Below are positions 1 through 10,136 of a stretch of DNA of 64,000 nucleotides, piece after piece (positions within the stretch are counted from its first letter, which is position 1; every line of letters starts with the position of its first letter). Under the pieces are notes generated by a model. The model searched no databases. It saw only the letters and a program-made list of their open reading frames with translations, and was not told where the DNA came from. This stretch comes from an uncultured Phycisphaerales bacterium (lineage in GTDB: Bacteria > Planctomycetota > Phycisphaerae > Tepidisphaerales > Tepidisphaeraceae). The position numbers were made by a program, and so were the translations under genes. Where the stretch lies: contig CAVWLP010000002.1 in assembly GCA_963755915.1 (NCBI GenBank), forward strand, positions 1,376,001 through 1,440,000, written 5' to 3'.

Positions 1-84
1 GAAGATGTCCTTTCCGCCCTGGTCCGAAGAAATGAATCCGAACCCTTTTTGGTCGTTGAACCACTTGACCTTGCCCGTGGCCAT
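1..84 (-). CDS. cspA: cold-shock protein, 5' part (runs off window)
   Basis: Reverse strand reads MATGKVKWFNDQKGFGFISSDQGGKDIF (RNP-1 KGFGF); GAAAGGAG ribosome-binding site upstream; too short for the ORF track. Confidence 0.95.
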   Translation of the reverse strand, partial: MATGKVKWFNDQKGFGFISSDQGGKDIF

Positions 85-261
85 ACAGCCACTCCTTTCA
101 GACGTGTAAGACGCGGAAAGCGCCCTTGGTTTGCGGGACAATTGAACTGAGTTCCGACGAGCCCTTCCCGATCGGAAAAGCGCCGCTCCGTGCCCGCGAT
201 ATGTGCGACGCCGGGGCGGGAACATACCACGTGCTTTCTGACGCTCCAAAAATACCCCTTG

Positions 262-567
262 TTTTCCCCATTCGTGACGCGAGTTATCCACAATTTTTGG
301 GCCTCTCGCGCCGATTTTGCCCAGTATTCCAAGGGTTTTTGAGCGCGGAGCCTCATTTCGCCCCGAAAATCCGGCAAGTTTTAAGGTTGTGTTTTTCCTT
401 GTTTATCTAACTCAATTAGATATAAAGATTTATGATTATGAATCGTCGCAATCCAGCATGAGGCTCATTTTCAGCTTTTGTTAGGAAATCCTCATTTTCA
501 ATTCGTAATCCTTTGATCTGCCGCGAGCAGTGCGCACGAGGTGGCGGTTATCCACGAGTTATCCACC
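262..567. promoter_or_regulatory. cluster of DnaA-box-like 9-mers flanking an AT-rich tract
   Basis: TTATCCACA 284-292 (perfect), TTATCCACG 548-556, TTATCCACC 559-567, TTTTCCCCA 262-270; AT-rich ~395-445. Confidence 0.5.
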
Positions 568-643
568 GTTTTGCAGTGGCCTTGATTTTCAGGACTTCTG
601 GGAGAGACTAATCGCCCCGTTTTGGGGCTTTTTTCAGGCAAAG

Positions 644-1383
644 ATGAACCTTCTCGAAGTGACCAAGCTTATCAAATCCTACAACGGCCGCGTTGTCGTC
701 AACGATGTCAGCTTCCTCCTCCGGCAGCAGGAGGTCGTCGGACTCCTCGGCCGCAACGGCGCCGGAAAAACCACCACCTTCCGCATGATCCTGGGGATGG
801 TCCAGCCAGACAGCGGCGTGGTCGCCTTCGATGCCATGAACATCACCGACCTCCCCATGTACAAGCGTGCCCGCCTGGGGATCGGCTACCTGTCGCAGGA
901 ACGGAGCGATTTCCGCCGGCTTTCCGTGCTCCACAACCTCCTGGCGATCCTGGAAACCCTGAACCTCAGCCGCAGGGAACGCATGCAGAAGGCCAACGCC
1001 CTGCTCGCACAATACGGCCTGACCAAGCAGCGAAACCAGAAGGCCGACACCCTCAGCGGCGGAGAACGCCGAAAGCTGGAAATCGCCCGCGCTCTCGTGA
1101 CCGACCCCAAGCTGATCCTGTTGGATGAACCCTTCAGCGGCGTCGATCCGATCGCCGTCGAAGACCTTCAGAGAGAGGTCCGCCGGCTCAAGGACGAATT
1201 CGGTAAGAGCGTACTGATCACCGATCACAACGTCGCCCAGACCCTGCGCGTGTGCGACCGGGCTCTGATTATCACGGATGGGCAGGTCTTCAAGGATGGA
1301 ACCCCGCGCAAATCATCAACGATATGGAAGTTCGCGCCGCCTACCTTGGGAACACGTTCCGAGGCGACGAATTCGATGACTGA
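644..1383 (+). CDS. lptB: LPS export ABC transporter ATP-binding protein (apparent frameshift ~1310)
   Basis: GRNGAGKTT Walker A, LSGGERRKLEIARAL, LLDEPFSGVDPI, LITDHNV; the normal C-terminus (IINDMEVRAAYLG...*) is in another frame ending at TGA 1381-1383. Confidence 0.9.
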
Positions 1384-1435
1384 TCCATTGAGCCCGATGC
1401 GGCCCCGGTCCTACAATGCCCTTTCGGGAGCTTCT

Positions 1436-2704
1436 ATGCCGCGGAAAATTGCCGTCGGTTTGATGGTGCTGGCGACCCTGGCCGTTGGGGCTTACACCTA
1501 TTCACTGTCGCGAGCGCAAGTGGCGGCTCCTGTCGCGGCCTCGCCGCAGACCGTGACTGTTTCTCCCGAGGCAAAGGACCTGCTCAATAAAATTCACGAC
1601 GCCTACGCCTCTCTCAAATCGCTGGCCCTCACCGGTTCCATCAACGGTCATTTCAATATCGACGGCGTGGAATTAAACCCCTCCGGCACCTTCACCGGCC
1701 TGTTTACCTCCTCCGGCCTCTTCCGCAGTGAGATGAAGGAGACGACGAGTACCAATTCTCCCACAACCCAGCCCACCGGCGATGCCCTCGTCGGGAACTC
1801 CGGCGACAAGGTCTACCTCTACTTCCCGCAGCAAAACCGCTATCTGATGGAGGACACCCCCAGGGGCAAGATAGACCTGACCGCCCTGGGCAGCGACATT
1901 GCCGACCTTCTGCGAAACCAGGATCTCTCCCTGACGCTTGCCCTCTCGGATGACGCCGCCGCCCAGCTTTCGCAGGACGCGACTGCCATCTCGCGCGTGG
2001 ATGACGTGAAAATCGACAATCAATCCTATCCCGCGCTCCTCTTCACCTACCCGCGTTTCGACATGACCGTGGCCGTCGATCCGCAGACGCATTTGCTGCG
2101 GCGGGTGGTGTCGGATGTCTCCAGGAATTCGCGGCTGGAGGGGGCGAAGGATGTGAAATCGGCCCTGCTGACGACCGACTACGCCTCGCAACTGAACGCC
2201 CCGACCGACCCGTCTCAATTCACCTGGACGCCGCCGCCCGGCGCTCAGCTTCTTGCCAGCAACGACTCCAACGGCGCCAACCTGGTCGGCAAGCCCGTCC
2301 CCTCGTTTTCGCTCGCCGGCCTTGATGGCAAAACCGTTTCCACCGACGACCTGAAAGGTACGGTTTACGTCCTCGATTTCTGGGCGACGTGGTGTGGCCC
2401 GTGCGTCGCTTCGTTGCCGCAGATTGACGCCATCTATCAGGATTTTAAGTCGCAGGGTGTGAAATTCTTCGCCGTCAATACGGCCGAGGACAAAGACACC
2501 GTCCAGAAATTCCTGGCCGCCAACAAGCTCTCGATCCCCGTCCTGCTGGACCTGGATGGAAAGGCTACCGATAAATTCGTCGGCGACGGGGGCATCCCGC
2601 TGACCGTCGTGGTGGGAAAAGATGGCGTCGTCGTGAACGCCGGGTTCTTCGGCGGTGACGAAAGCCAGCTTCGTCCCATCATTGATGCGGCGTTGAAGAA
2701 GTAA
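1436..2704 (+). CDS. exported LolA-like (DUF2092-type) domain + TlpA/redoxin disulfide reductase
   Basis: Signal/TM MPRKIAVGLMVLATLAVG; C-terminal DFWATWCGPC thioredoxin motif. Confidence 0.8.
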   Translation: MPRKIAVGLMVLATLAVGAYTYSLSRAQVAAPVAASPQTVTVSPEAKDLLNKIHDAYASLKSLALTGSINGHFNIDGVELNPSGTFTGLFTSSGLFRSEMKETTSTNSPTTQPTGDALVGNSGDKVYLYFPQQNRYLMEDTPRGKIDLTALGSDIADLLRNQDLSLTLALSDDAAAQLSQDATAISRVDDVKIDNQSYPALLFTYPRFDMTVAVDPQTHLLRRVVSDVSRNSRLEGAKDVKSALLTTDYASQLNAPTDPSQFTWTPPPGAQLLASNDSNGANLVGKPVPSFSLAGLDGKTVSTDDLKGTVYVLDFWATWCGPCVASLPQIDAIYQDFKSQGVKFFAVNTAEDKDTVQKFLAANKLSIPVLLDLDGKATDKFVGDGGIPLTVVVGKDGVVVNAGFFGGDESQLRPIIDAALKK

Positions 2705-2838
2705 GCGCGACACGTCCACATAAAACTATTCCCGACTCCACGTCAATTCGACGCCCCAAATCGCGGGGGTCCGAAAGTTTACGCGACAATTTGCCGATGC
2801 CATTAGCGTAAGACCGGGCTTTTCCCACAAGTGAGATA

Positions 2839-4322
2839 ATGAATAGCGATTTGATGAAAAAGATTCAGCAGTGCCCGAATCTGCCGACACTGCCGACGGT
2901 TGCCGTGCAGATTCTCGACCTTGCCGGCAAACCAAACATCGACATCGCCGAAATCGCCCGCGTCATTTCCAAGGACCCCGCCCTCTCCAGCAAAATTCTC
3001 CGCACGGTGAACAGCAGCTTTTACGGCCGCAGCCACAACATCGGAACCATCAGCCACTCCCTGGTGATTCTTGGCCTCCAATCCGTCAAAACGCTCGTGC
3101 TCGGGTTCTCCCTGGTTACCACGCTGAGCAAAAATAAAACCACCGGCTTCAACCATCTGAAATACTGGCGGCGAAGTTTCTATTCCGCCACCGCCGCGCA
3201 CACCATCGCCGCCAAGATGAATCTCGTTCAGCAGGAAGAGGCGTTTCTAGCCTCCCTGCTTCAGGACATCGGCATGCTGGTGCTCCACCAGGTTCTCAGC
3301 GCCCAGTACAACGAAATCTGCACCAAGGTGAAAACCCACAACGATCTGCTCGCCGCCGAGCAGGAAGCGTTTCAGATGACCCACTGCGAAGTGGGCGCCT
3401 ATCTGGCGCAGCAGTGGAAGCTTCCGCCGATCCTCTCGACGACCATTGGCGCCAGCCACGATGCTTCGACGGTGACGGATCCGACCCTGAAAAAAATCGC
3501 CCAGCTCGTGCAGATTGCCGGGCAGTGCGCGGATGTTTTCGTGGACGCCGAGCCGGCCCCGGCCATCGTGCAGGTCCGCGCCACTTCGCCGCCGCTTTCA
3601 AGATGACCGATGCCGACTGCGACCAGCTTCTCGCCGAGATCGGCGTCAAGACCAAGGAGGTCATTCCCCTCTTTGAGGTGAACGTCGGCGACTACGCCAG
3701 CTACGAGGCCATTCTCAAAAAAGCCAACGAAGCCCTGGTGGAACTGACCCTCGAATCGCAAATGCAGGCGACCAAGCTCCAGGAACAAAACCAGGTCCTC
3801 CAGCAGAAGGCGACCACCGACGCCCTCACCAACCTGAGCAATCGCGCATCCTTCGACGAAACCCTCAAGCAGCTCTTCGCTGCCGCCCGGACCGGCGGAA
3901 GCGCCCTGACCCTTCTCATGCTCGACGTCGACAAGTTCAAGTCGATCAACGATCAGCACGGACATCCGGCCGGCGATCGCGTTCTTGCCACCCTCGGCAA
4001 ACTCCTCAAGAGCGCCACCCGCGATAAAGACCTTGCCGCCCGGTATGGCGGAGAGGAAATGGTCCTGCTTCTGCCGGAAACGTCCCGCGCCATCGGCGCC
4101 GCCATCGCCGAGACCATTCGCCTCGCGGTCTCCAAGCAGCCCATCAACTGCGGCAAGCAGGCCGTCCCGGTCACCGTAAGCATCGGCGTCGCAACGCTCG
4201 AGCCCAACAGCCGGATGACCGAACCCGCCCACCTCCTCAAAGCCGCCGACATGGCCGTTTACGCGGCGAAAAACTCCGGACGCAATTGCGTCAAGATATT
4301 CTCCCTCGCCGCCGCGGCGTAG
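2839..4322 (+). CDS. HDOD-GGDEF diguanylate cyclase (apparent frameshift ~3590)
   Basis: LPTLP...DPALSSKILRTVNS HDOD; D.LT.L.NR, DVDKFKSINDQHGH, RDKD I-site and RYGGEE. Confidence 0.9.
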
Positions 4323-4449
4323 TCGGTCAATCCCTCAGATAACCTGATTCTAAATCGGCGACCGCAACGGCAACAAATCTCCCTTCGCGTTTAGCCGCAA
4401 CCCCGCAGGGGTGCGCGTTTCGGATCGTCGCAAAATCGTGGTCCCCCAT

Positions 4450-5575
4450 TCAGAACAACGACAATTGCCCGTTCACTACCGGCCTCCGGAAATGCGCCGT
4501 CGATAGCGGCCGGATATCCCGGTTGAGGCCGTACTTGCGGGTGAAAACGTCAAACGTCTGCGAGAGCTGCTCAACAATCACTCCCCGCCCCCGGCGCCGA
4601 TTGGCATACGACGATTCGTAAAGCTTTCCGCCGCGCGACTGCCGGATCAACGATTCAACTTTTTTAGCCCGGTCCGGGTGAACACTTCTCTTTAGCCAGT
4701 CGAGAAACAGATCTTTGAGCTGATACGGCAGTCGCAGCAGCACCCACGCCGCCCGCCGCGCACCCGCATCTGCCACGGCGCTCATAATCTGCGGCAGCTC
4801 GGTATCGGTCAGCCCGGGGATCACCGGAGCGATGTTAACAGTGACCGGGATTCCCGCCGCCGTCAGCTCGCGGATGATCCGCAGGCGAGCCATCGGCGAA
4901 GAGGCGCGCGGCTCAAGCTTCTGTGCCAGGTCGCTGTCGAGCGTAACGAGCGTGACCGTAACCCTCCCGGCGTTCATCTCCGCAAGCCGCGCCCGAAAGA
5001 TCCGTGTCGCGCAGCACCAGTGCGCTCTTGGTCATCGTCGTCACCGGCTGCCCGCACTCCGCCAGAACCTCCAGGCAGCCTCGCGAGATCCGCAGCTTAT
5101 GCTCGATCGGCTGATAGATATCCGTAATCGCCGACATGACAATCGGCTCAGGCTTCCAGTTCGGCGATGCCAGCTCGCGCCGAAGCAGCTCTGCCGCATC
5201 CGGCTTGGCCATGAGCTTGGTCTCAAAATCCATCCCGCAACTGAACCCAAGGTATTCATGATACGGCCTTGCAAAGCAGTAAATGCACCCATGCTCGCAC
5301 CCGCGGTAGGGGTTGATGGTGAAATCGAAAGGCACATCCGCCGTCGGCGCGACGCGATTGATGATGCGCTGCGTCCGGTCGAAGAAAACTTGCCGCTGGA
5401 CGCGGGCGGTTTTGCCGTCCTCGCCCTGCACTTCAATCATCTGGCGATCCAGCTCTTCGCCCAGCACGTGCAGGCGGACGGTTTCGAACCGGTTTCCCGG
5501 ATTGAGCCCAGCGCCGCGCCGATGTGCCGGACCGCTCGGCAGCGCATCGCGAAAAGCAAAATCCTCGTCGCTCAT
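4450..5575 (-). CDS. PA0069/Rv2578c-family radical SAM protein (apparent frameshift ~4985)
   Basis: NPYRGCEHGCIYCFARPYH; APVIPGLTD; C-terminal GQLSLF. Confidence 0.88.
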
Positions 5576-5663
5576 GCCCGCACAATAGGCGAGCGCGGCG
5601 TGCGGGCTCAATGGGAATCTTCACCGAATCGTTTGTTGCAAAAGCGACAAACTTTCTCAGAAA

Positions 5664-6170
5664 TCAATTCTTCGGAAGTTTCGACAGCGCCTCGCACATT
5701 CCCATCGCTCTGCGCCAGGCGGAGAGCTGTCCCAGGTGCGTCGCTTCATGGCTCATCATCACGAAGGTCAGGAACATTCCCAGGCTGCTGAAGCGCGGCG
5801 GAATGCCGGGCACACCCGGCGGCTTGGCAAGCTCTTCTGCGCCGAGTCGCGAGAAGAGCCGCACAAACTCCCCCCGCCGCTCGTCGATGATGCCCAGAAG
5901 ATCGGCCCGGGTCGGATGGCCGGCGCCGGCCGACGCGGGCGTCGAACCGCGGCCAAAGCGTTTTTCCCAATCCGGATCGAGCCTGGATTTCCCGCCAAGA
6001 ATCTGCACCAGCCGATCCTGCACGACGGCCAGGTGCGCCAGTTGCCAGGCCGGATGATTCACGATCCCCGGCGGCTGAGACGTCATTCTCTCTTCGGGAA
6101 TATCTTCCACGAGGAGGGTGAGATACTGCCGCTGAAACTGATACGCGGAAAGAATGCAATTGTTATCCAT
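5664..6170 (-). CDS. DinB/YfiT-family protein
   Basis: NHPAWQLAHL and HEATHLGQL His motifs. Confidence 0.85.
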   Translation of the reverse strand: MDNNCILSAYQFQRQYLTLLVEDIPEERMTSQPPGIVNHPAWQLAHLAVVQDRLVQILGGKSRLDPDWEKRFGRGSTPASAGAGHPTRADLLGIIDERRGEFVRLFSRLGAEELAKPPGVPGIPPRFSSLGMFLTFVMMSHEATHLGQLSAWRRAMGMCEALSKLPKN

Positions 6171-6196
6171 GACTCTTCCTCAGGTAGTAAAAAAGT

Positions 6197-6643
6197 TTAT
6201 CGCTGCGCGCGGGCTTTGATCTCGCTCAGCATCTTGCCCCATCCCTTGGTGACGCCTTCGCGGTGTTCGCTGGCGATCTCGCCAAAGCCACGGTGCGTCA
6301 GTGTCAAAAGCGTTCCCGATCCTTTTTCGGTCAGGCGATACTGAATGTGGTTGATGGCCGGGTAGGACATGAACATCGGGCCATAAATTTCTAGAAGCGA
6401 GGGCGGCTTGATGACCTGCACGTTGCCCCACCAGTGGCCGGTGCTGTTGCCCAGGTCGCGGAACCATCGCCCACCGGGCCACGGCTCCAGGCGGGCGTTC
6501 ATCGACTTGCCCTCCATCCCCGAGAAACCAGGGCCGACCTGGTGCAGGACCGAATCAAAGACGACCGCAGGCGGGGCCGAAATCTCGACCTCCTGGTGAA
6601 TGTGCAGAACAAAATTCGGCAGATTGTCCAATGACTTATCCAT
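6197..6643 (-). CDS. SRPBCC/AHA1-domain protein
   Basis: EVEISAPPAVVF, PGGRW, GTLLTLTHRGF, GW terminal helix. Confidence 0.85.
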   Translation of the reverse strand: MDKSLDNLPNFVLHIHQEVEISAPPAVVFDSVLHQVGPGFSGMEGKSMNARLEPWPGGRWFRDLGNSTGHWWGNVQVIKPPSLLEIYGPMFMSYPAINHIQYRLTEKGSGTLLTLTHRGFGEIASEHREGVTKGWGKMLSEIKARAQR

Positions 6644-7013
6644 GTGACTCTCCTTTATCGTGAGAAGGTGGTTGTGTTGCGCCGGTTTGAACTTTCGCTT
6701 CGGCGTGTGCTTTGATGCGCTGGAGATGATCGCTCCAGAATCGCTCAAAATGTTTGGTCCAGTCGTGAATCGGTTTCAGTTCCATGGCATTGATCGCATA
6801 AAGATGAGTGCGACCCTCCGTTCGCATTTTGACCAGCCCCACCTCCAGCAAAACCCGCAGATGCTTGGAAACCTGCGGCTGCGGCCAGCCGAGGTTGGTG
6901 ACGATGCCGCCAACCGAAAGCTCGGGGCCTTTGGCGAGCAGGTCGAGCAGGTCCCGCCGCTTTGGCTCGGCGACGGCGTTGAAGGGGTCGAGGGTTGTGG
7001 GGGCTCTGGCCAT
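6636..7013 (-). CDS. ArsR/SmtB-family transcriptional regulator
   Basis: FNAVAEPKRRDLL...QPQVSKHLRVLLEVGLV; overlaps the SRPBCC start. Confidence 0.9.
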   Translation of the reverse strand: MARAPTTLDPFNAVAEPKRRDLLDLLAKGPELSVGGIVTNLGWPQPQVSKHLRVLLEVGLVKMRTEGRTHLYAINAMELKPIHDWTKHFERFWSDHLQRIKAHAEAKVQTGATQPPSHDKGESHG

Positions 7014-7095
7014 TTGCGGAGAATTATATTCCCATATAGGAATATGTCAAGGAAAAAAATAGGGGATGGTTTCGGAATGGTTTTTCATTTCGCGT

Positions 7096-8280
7096 CTATT
7101 GCGGCGTATCGAGGGATTTGACCGCGGCTTGCTGGAAATATCTGCGGAAATCGGACGCGTCGGAATTCTCAAGGTCCGCGCGCTGAATCAGCAGAATGTA
7201 AATCCGTCGTTTGACGGGGTCGATCCACGCCTGCGTGCCATACATGCCGCCGTGGCCGAAGGTTCCGGGTGAAAGACCCTCGGTGATGCCGCTGGGTTGG
7301 CGGACGATTCCGAAACCTAAACCCCAGGCGCTGCCGGGAACGAAGCCGGCCTTCAGCGTCCCCGTTTGAACGCTGGTCATTTCATGGATGCTCTGGGCGG
7401 AGAGATATCGTCGCCCATCCAGCGTGCCGCCATCAAGAAGCATCTTGGTGAAGCGGTAGTAATCCGGCGCCGTCGAGAAAAGCCCGCCATTGGCGGCCGC
7501 GTAATGGTTGCGATCGCCAGGGGGGCCGGGAATGCGCGAGATTTTGGTCGGGATCAGCTTCCCGTTTTTCAAACTGTACGAAACCGCCAGCCGCTTCACC
7601 TGCGCCGCATCGGGATAAAACGTCGTGTCCTTCAGCTCCATCGGATCGAAGAGCCGCTCCTGCATGAACTCGGCAAAGCTTTCCCCCGAGACAATTTCGA
7701 TGATCCGCCCCAGCGTGTTGATCCCGGATTGGCAATAATCCCACTTGGTCCCCGGCTCAAACTTCGTCGGCCGATTGAGATAAGAGGGAATCAGCTCGGC
7801 AAGTGTGCGGGCCCTGTGCATCAATTCATCCGGCGCTTCCTGGAGTCCGCTGGTGTGCGTGATCAGTTGGCGCAGGGTGAGGTTTGCAGGCTTGCCGGAC
7901 GGCGTTTTCAGCCCCGCGAATTCGGGAATAAATTTGGATACAGGATCGTCCAGCGAAATCTTCCCCTGCTCCTGCAGCATCATGACCGCCGTCGAAGTCA
8001 TCAGCTTGGTCATCGAGGCGATCCAGAACACCGTGTCAGTGCGCATCGGCAGATGATGGTGCAGATCGCGCTGACCGACAGCCGAGAGATAGATAATGTG
8101 TGTATCATCGCCGACGAGCGTGACCGCCCCGGAGAGCTGCCCTTTATCGACAAAGGCCTGCATGGTCTGGTCGATCTTTGGATTTTTGGGGTACTGAAGG
8201 ATTTCAGGAGGTTCTTGCATGGTATGGGTGCAGGAGGCCAAAGTTAGAACGAAAAGTCCGATGATCGATATCGATTTCAT
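7096..8280 (-). CDS. serine hydrolase / beta-lactamase-family lipoprotein
   Basis: LASC lipobox; IASMTK (SxxK), LITHTSGL, FEPGTKWDY, GHGG. Confidence 0.9.
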   Translation of the reverse strand: MKSISIIGLFVLTLASCTHTMQEPPEILQYPKNPKIDQTMQAFVDKGQLSGAVTLVGDDTHIIYLSAVGQRDLHHHLPMRTDTVFWIASMTKLMTSTAVMMLQEQGKISLDDPVSKFIPEFAGLKTPSGKPANLTLRQLITHTSGLQEAPDELMHRARTLAELIPSYLNRPTKFEPGTKWDYCQSGINTLGRIIEIVSGESFAEFMQERLFDPMELKDTTFYPDAAQVKRLAVSYSLKNGKLIPTKISRIPGPPGDRNHYAAANGGLFSTAPDYYRFTKMLLDGGTLDGRRYLSAQSIHEMTSVQTGTLKAGFVPGSAWGLGFGIVRQPSGITEGLSPGTFGHGGMYGTQAWIDPVKRRIYILLIQRADLENSDASDFRRYFQQAAVKSLDTPQ

Positions 8281-8324
8281 TGCTGATAATACTTTAATCA
8301 GAAACTCCCGTGTAGCCGCCGCAA

Positions 8325-8372
8325 GAGCCGGAGGCGCTTGGGCGGTACTCCGCGAGCTTAGGCCGGAGGCCG
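8325..8372. repeat. dispersed GTAC-loop hairpin motif, copy 1 (other copies ~11655, ~14047, 16722)
   Basis: gagccggaggc..gggcggtactccgc..ggccggaggcc shared with the other intergenic copies. Confidence 0.55.
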
Positions 8373-8679
8373 TTCATGCGGCGCTTTCCCGCCCAACACC
8401 TCGAGGCCGTCCCGAACGTCGCCAGGGCAGCCTTGTGCCATCGCCGCGGAACCGCCTGTTATATACGAGCCGGCGAGTATTCTCGTCACACCAACCGTAA
8501 CCGAAAATACTCTGAATGCTTTTTCCCTTTCCACACCTTTTGCCACATAGCAATGTGGGTAAAAACGAGCCCAGTGCATTGCAAGGAGTGAAAACGCACG
8601 GATGGCCTTAAGCCGACAAGATGGAAGATAAGTTCGATCTAAAGAGGGCCGATGCCTAAAATACCAACAGGGACGCAAA

Positions 8680-9819
8680 ATGCCTCCGCTCCAAATCCTC
8701 AACGACGATCAGGCCCGCCTCAAATCCCTCAAGGACATGCTCCATCAACACGTCGCCCCCGCCGCCGACGAGCTGATCCAGCACGAAGCCGACGGCGCCG
8801 TCCGCTGCTTTGCCTGCGGCCATCGCTGCCTCGTCAAGCCCGGCCGCGACGGCGTCTGCCGCGTGCGCTTCAACGAGGGCGGCACTCTGAAAGTCCCCTT
8901 CGGCTACGTAGGCGTCCTCGCCTGCGACCCCATCGAGAAAAAACCCTTCTTCCATTGCCTCCCCGGCAGCGACGCCCTCACCTTCGGCATGCTCGGCTGC
9001 GATTTCCACTGCGGCTATTGCCAGAACTGGGTCACCAGCCAGATGCTCCGCGACCCCAAGGCCGCTGCCCCGCCCAAATTGACGAACCCCAAGCAGCTCG
9101 TAGACCTGGCCATCCAGCACGGAGCCCCGGTCATCGCCTCCAGCTACAACGAGCCGCTCATCACCAGCGAATGGGCCGTCGCCGTTTTCCGCGAAGCGCG
9201 CACCCGCGGCCTCAAGTGTGCCTATATCTCCAACGGCAACGGCACGCCGCAGGTCCTCGATTTCCTCCGTCCTCACGTCGACGCCTACAAAGTCGATCTC
9301 AAAACCTTCAATCCAAAACACTACCGCGAGCTGGGCGGCGTAATGGAAAACGTCACCACCACCATCAAAATGCTCAAGCAACGCAACTTCTGGGTCGAAA
9401 TCGTCACCCTCGTAGTCCCCGGCTTCAGCGACGACCCCGATGAGCTCAAACAAATGGCCGATTTTCTGGCCTCGGTTGATCCCCTCATGCCCTGGCACGT
9501 AACCGCCTTCCATCCCGACTACAAAATGCGCGAGGGCTTCCGCAACACCACCGCCGACGACCTGATGCGAATCGTCGAGTACGGCCAGAAAGCCGGCCTG
9601 AAATATATCTACCCAGGCAACCTCCCCGGCCAGGTCGGCGATTGGGAAAACACCCGCTGCCACTACTGCCGCGCCATGCTAATCCGGCGATACGGTTTTC
9701 TGGTCCAGGAAATCCGCGTGACCTCAGAGGGCAAATGCCCCGACTGCGGCACCGCCATCCCCGGCATCTGGGGCAAGCGCAGCGGCCACGGGGATGGAAA
9801 GGTGCGCCCCTTGGCCTAA
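8680..9819 (+). CDS. amrS: AmmeMemoRadiSam system radical SAM enzyme
   Basis: CFACGHRC, DPIEKKPFFH, GCDFHCGYCQNW, WHVTAFHPDY, NTRCHYC. Confidence 0.9.
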   Translation: MPPLQILNDDQARLKSLKDMLHQHVAPAADELIQHEADGAVRCFACGHRCLVKPGRDGVCRVRFNEGGTLKVPFGYVGVLACDPIEKKPFFHCLPGSDALTFGMLGCDFHCGYCQNWVTSQMLRDPKAAAPPKLTNPKQLVDLAIQHGAPVIASSYNEPLITSEWAVAVFREARTRGLKCAYISNGNGTPQVLDFLRPHVDAYKVDLKTFNPKHYRELGGVMENVTTTIKMLKQRNFWVEIVTLVVPGFSDDPDELKQMADFLASVDPLMPWHVTAFHPDYKMREGFRNTTADDLMRIVEYGQKAGLKYIYPGNLPGQVGDWENTRCHYCRAMLIRRYGFLVQEIRVTSEGKCPDCGTAIPGIWGKRSGHGDGKVRPLA

Positions 9820-10136
9820 TCGGGTGTAATGCTTGCTTATGGCTCACCGGTATTTCCCCTCCCCTGGTACTCCTGACCGCCCGCCACTTTTTTCTGTCGA
9901 GTCAGATTTCCCCCCGCCGGAATGATGCGCTCGGCTTCTTTCCTTTGTCGCAGGACGTGAACCAGCAAAACCGCCAATACCGTCCGGCTGGCCCCACGAT
10001 CTTCACCTGCCCGATGGTCCAAGCACAAATAGGCCTGAAAATCCGCAGCAATGCGTCTGTTCGTTGCCTTTGGCCTTGGACGGTTAGATGGCATGTTGGT
10101 TGTCGGGCTAGCCACCGTCGACTAAACCCGACAACC

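Noticed and set aside
530-2704. 724-aa LptB-thioredoxin fusion ORF
   Set aside because: A frameshift near 1310 bypasses the real lptB end (1383); the second gene has its own ATG and signal peptide at 1436
8680-9819. amrS without AMMECR1/Memo partners
   Set aside because: Partners are often encoded elsewhere; this cannot be judged from one window
9642-10136. N-terminal extension of the 544-aa IS110 ORF
   Set aside because: It crosses amrS, the MITE and the IS boundary; the plausible start is ATG 10137
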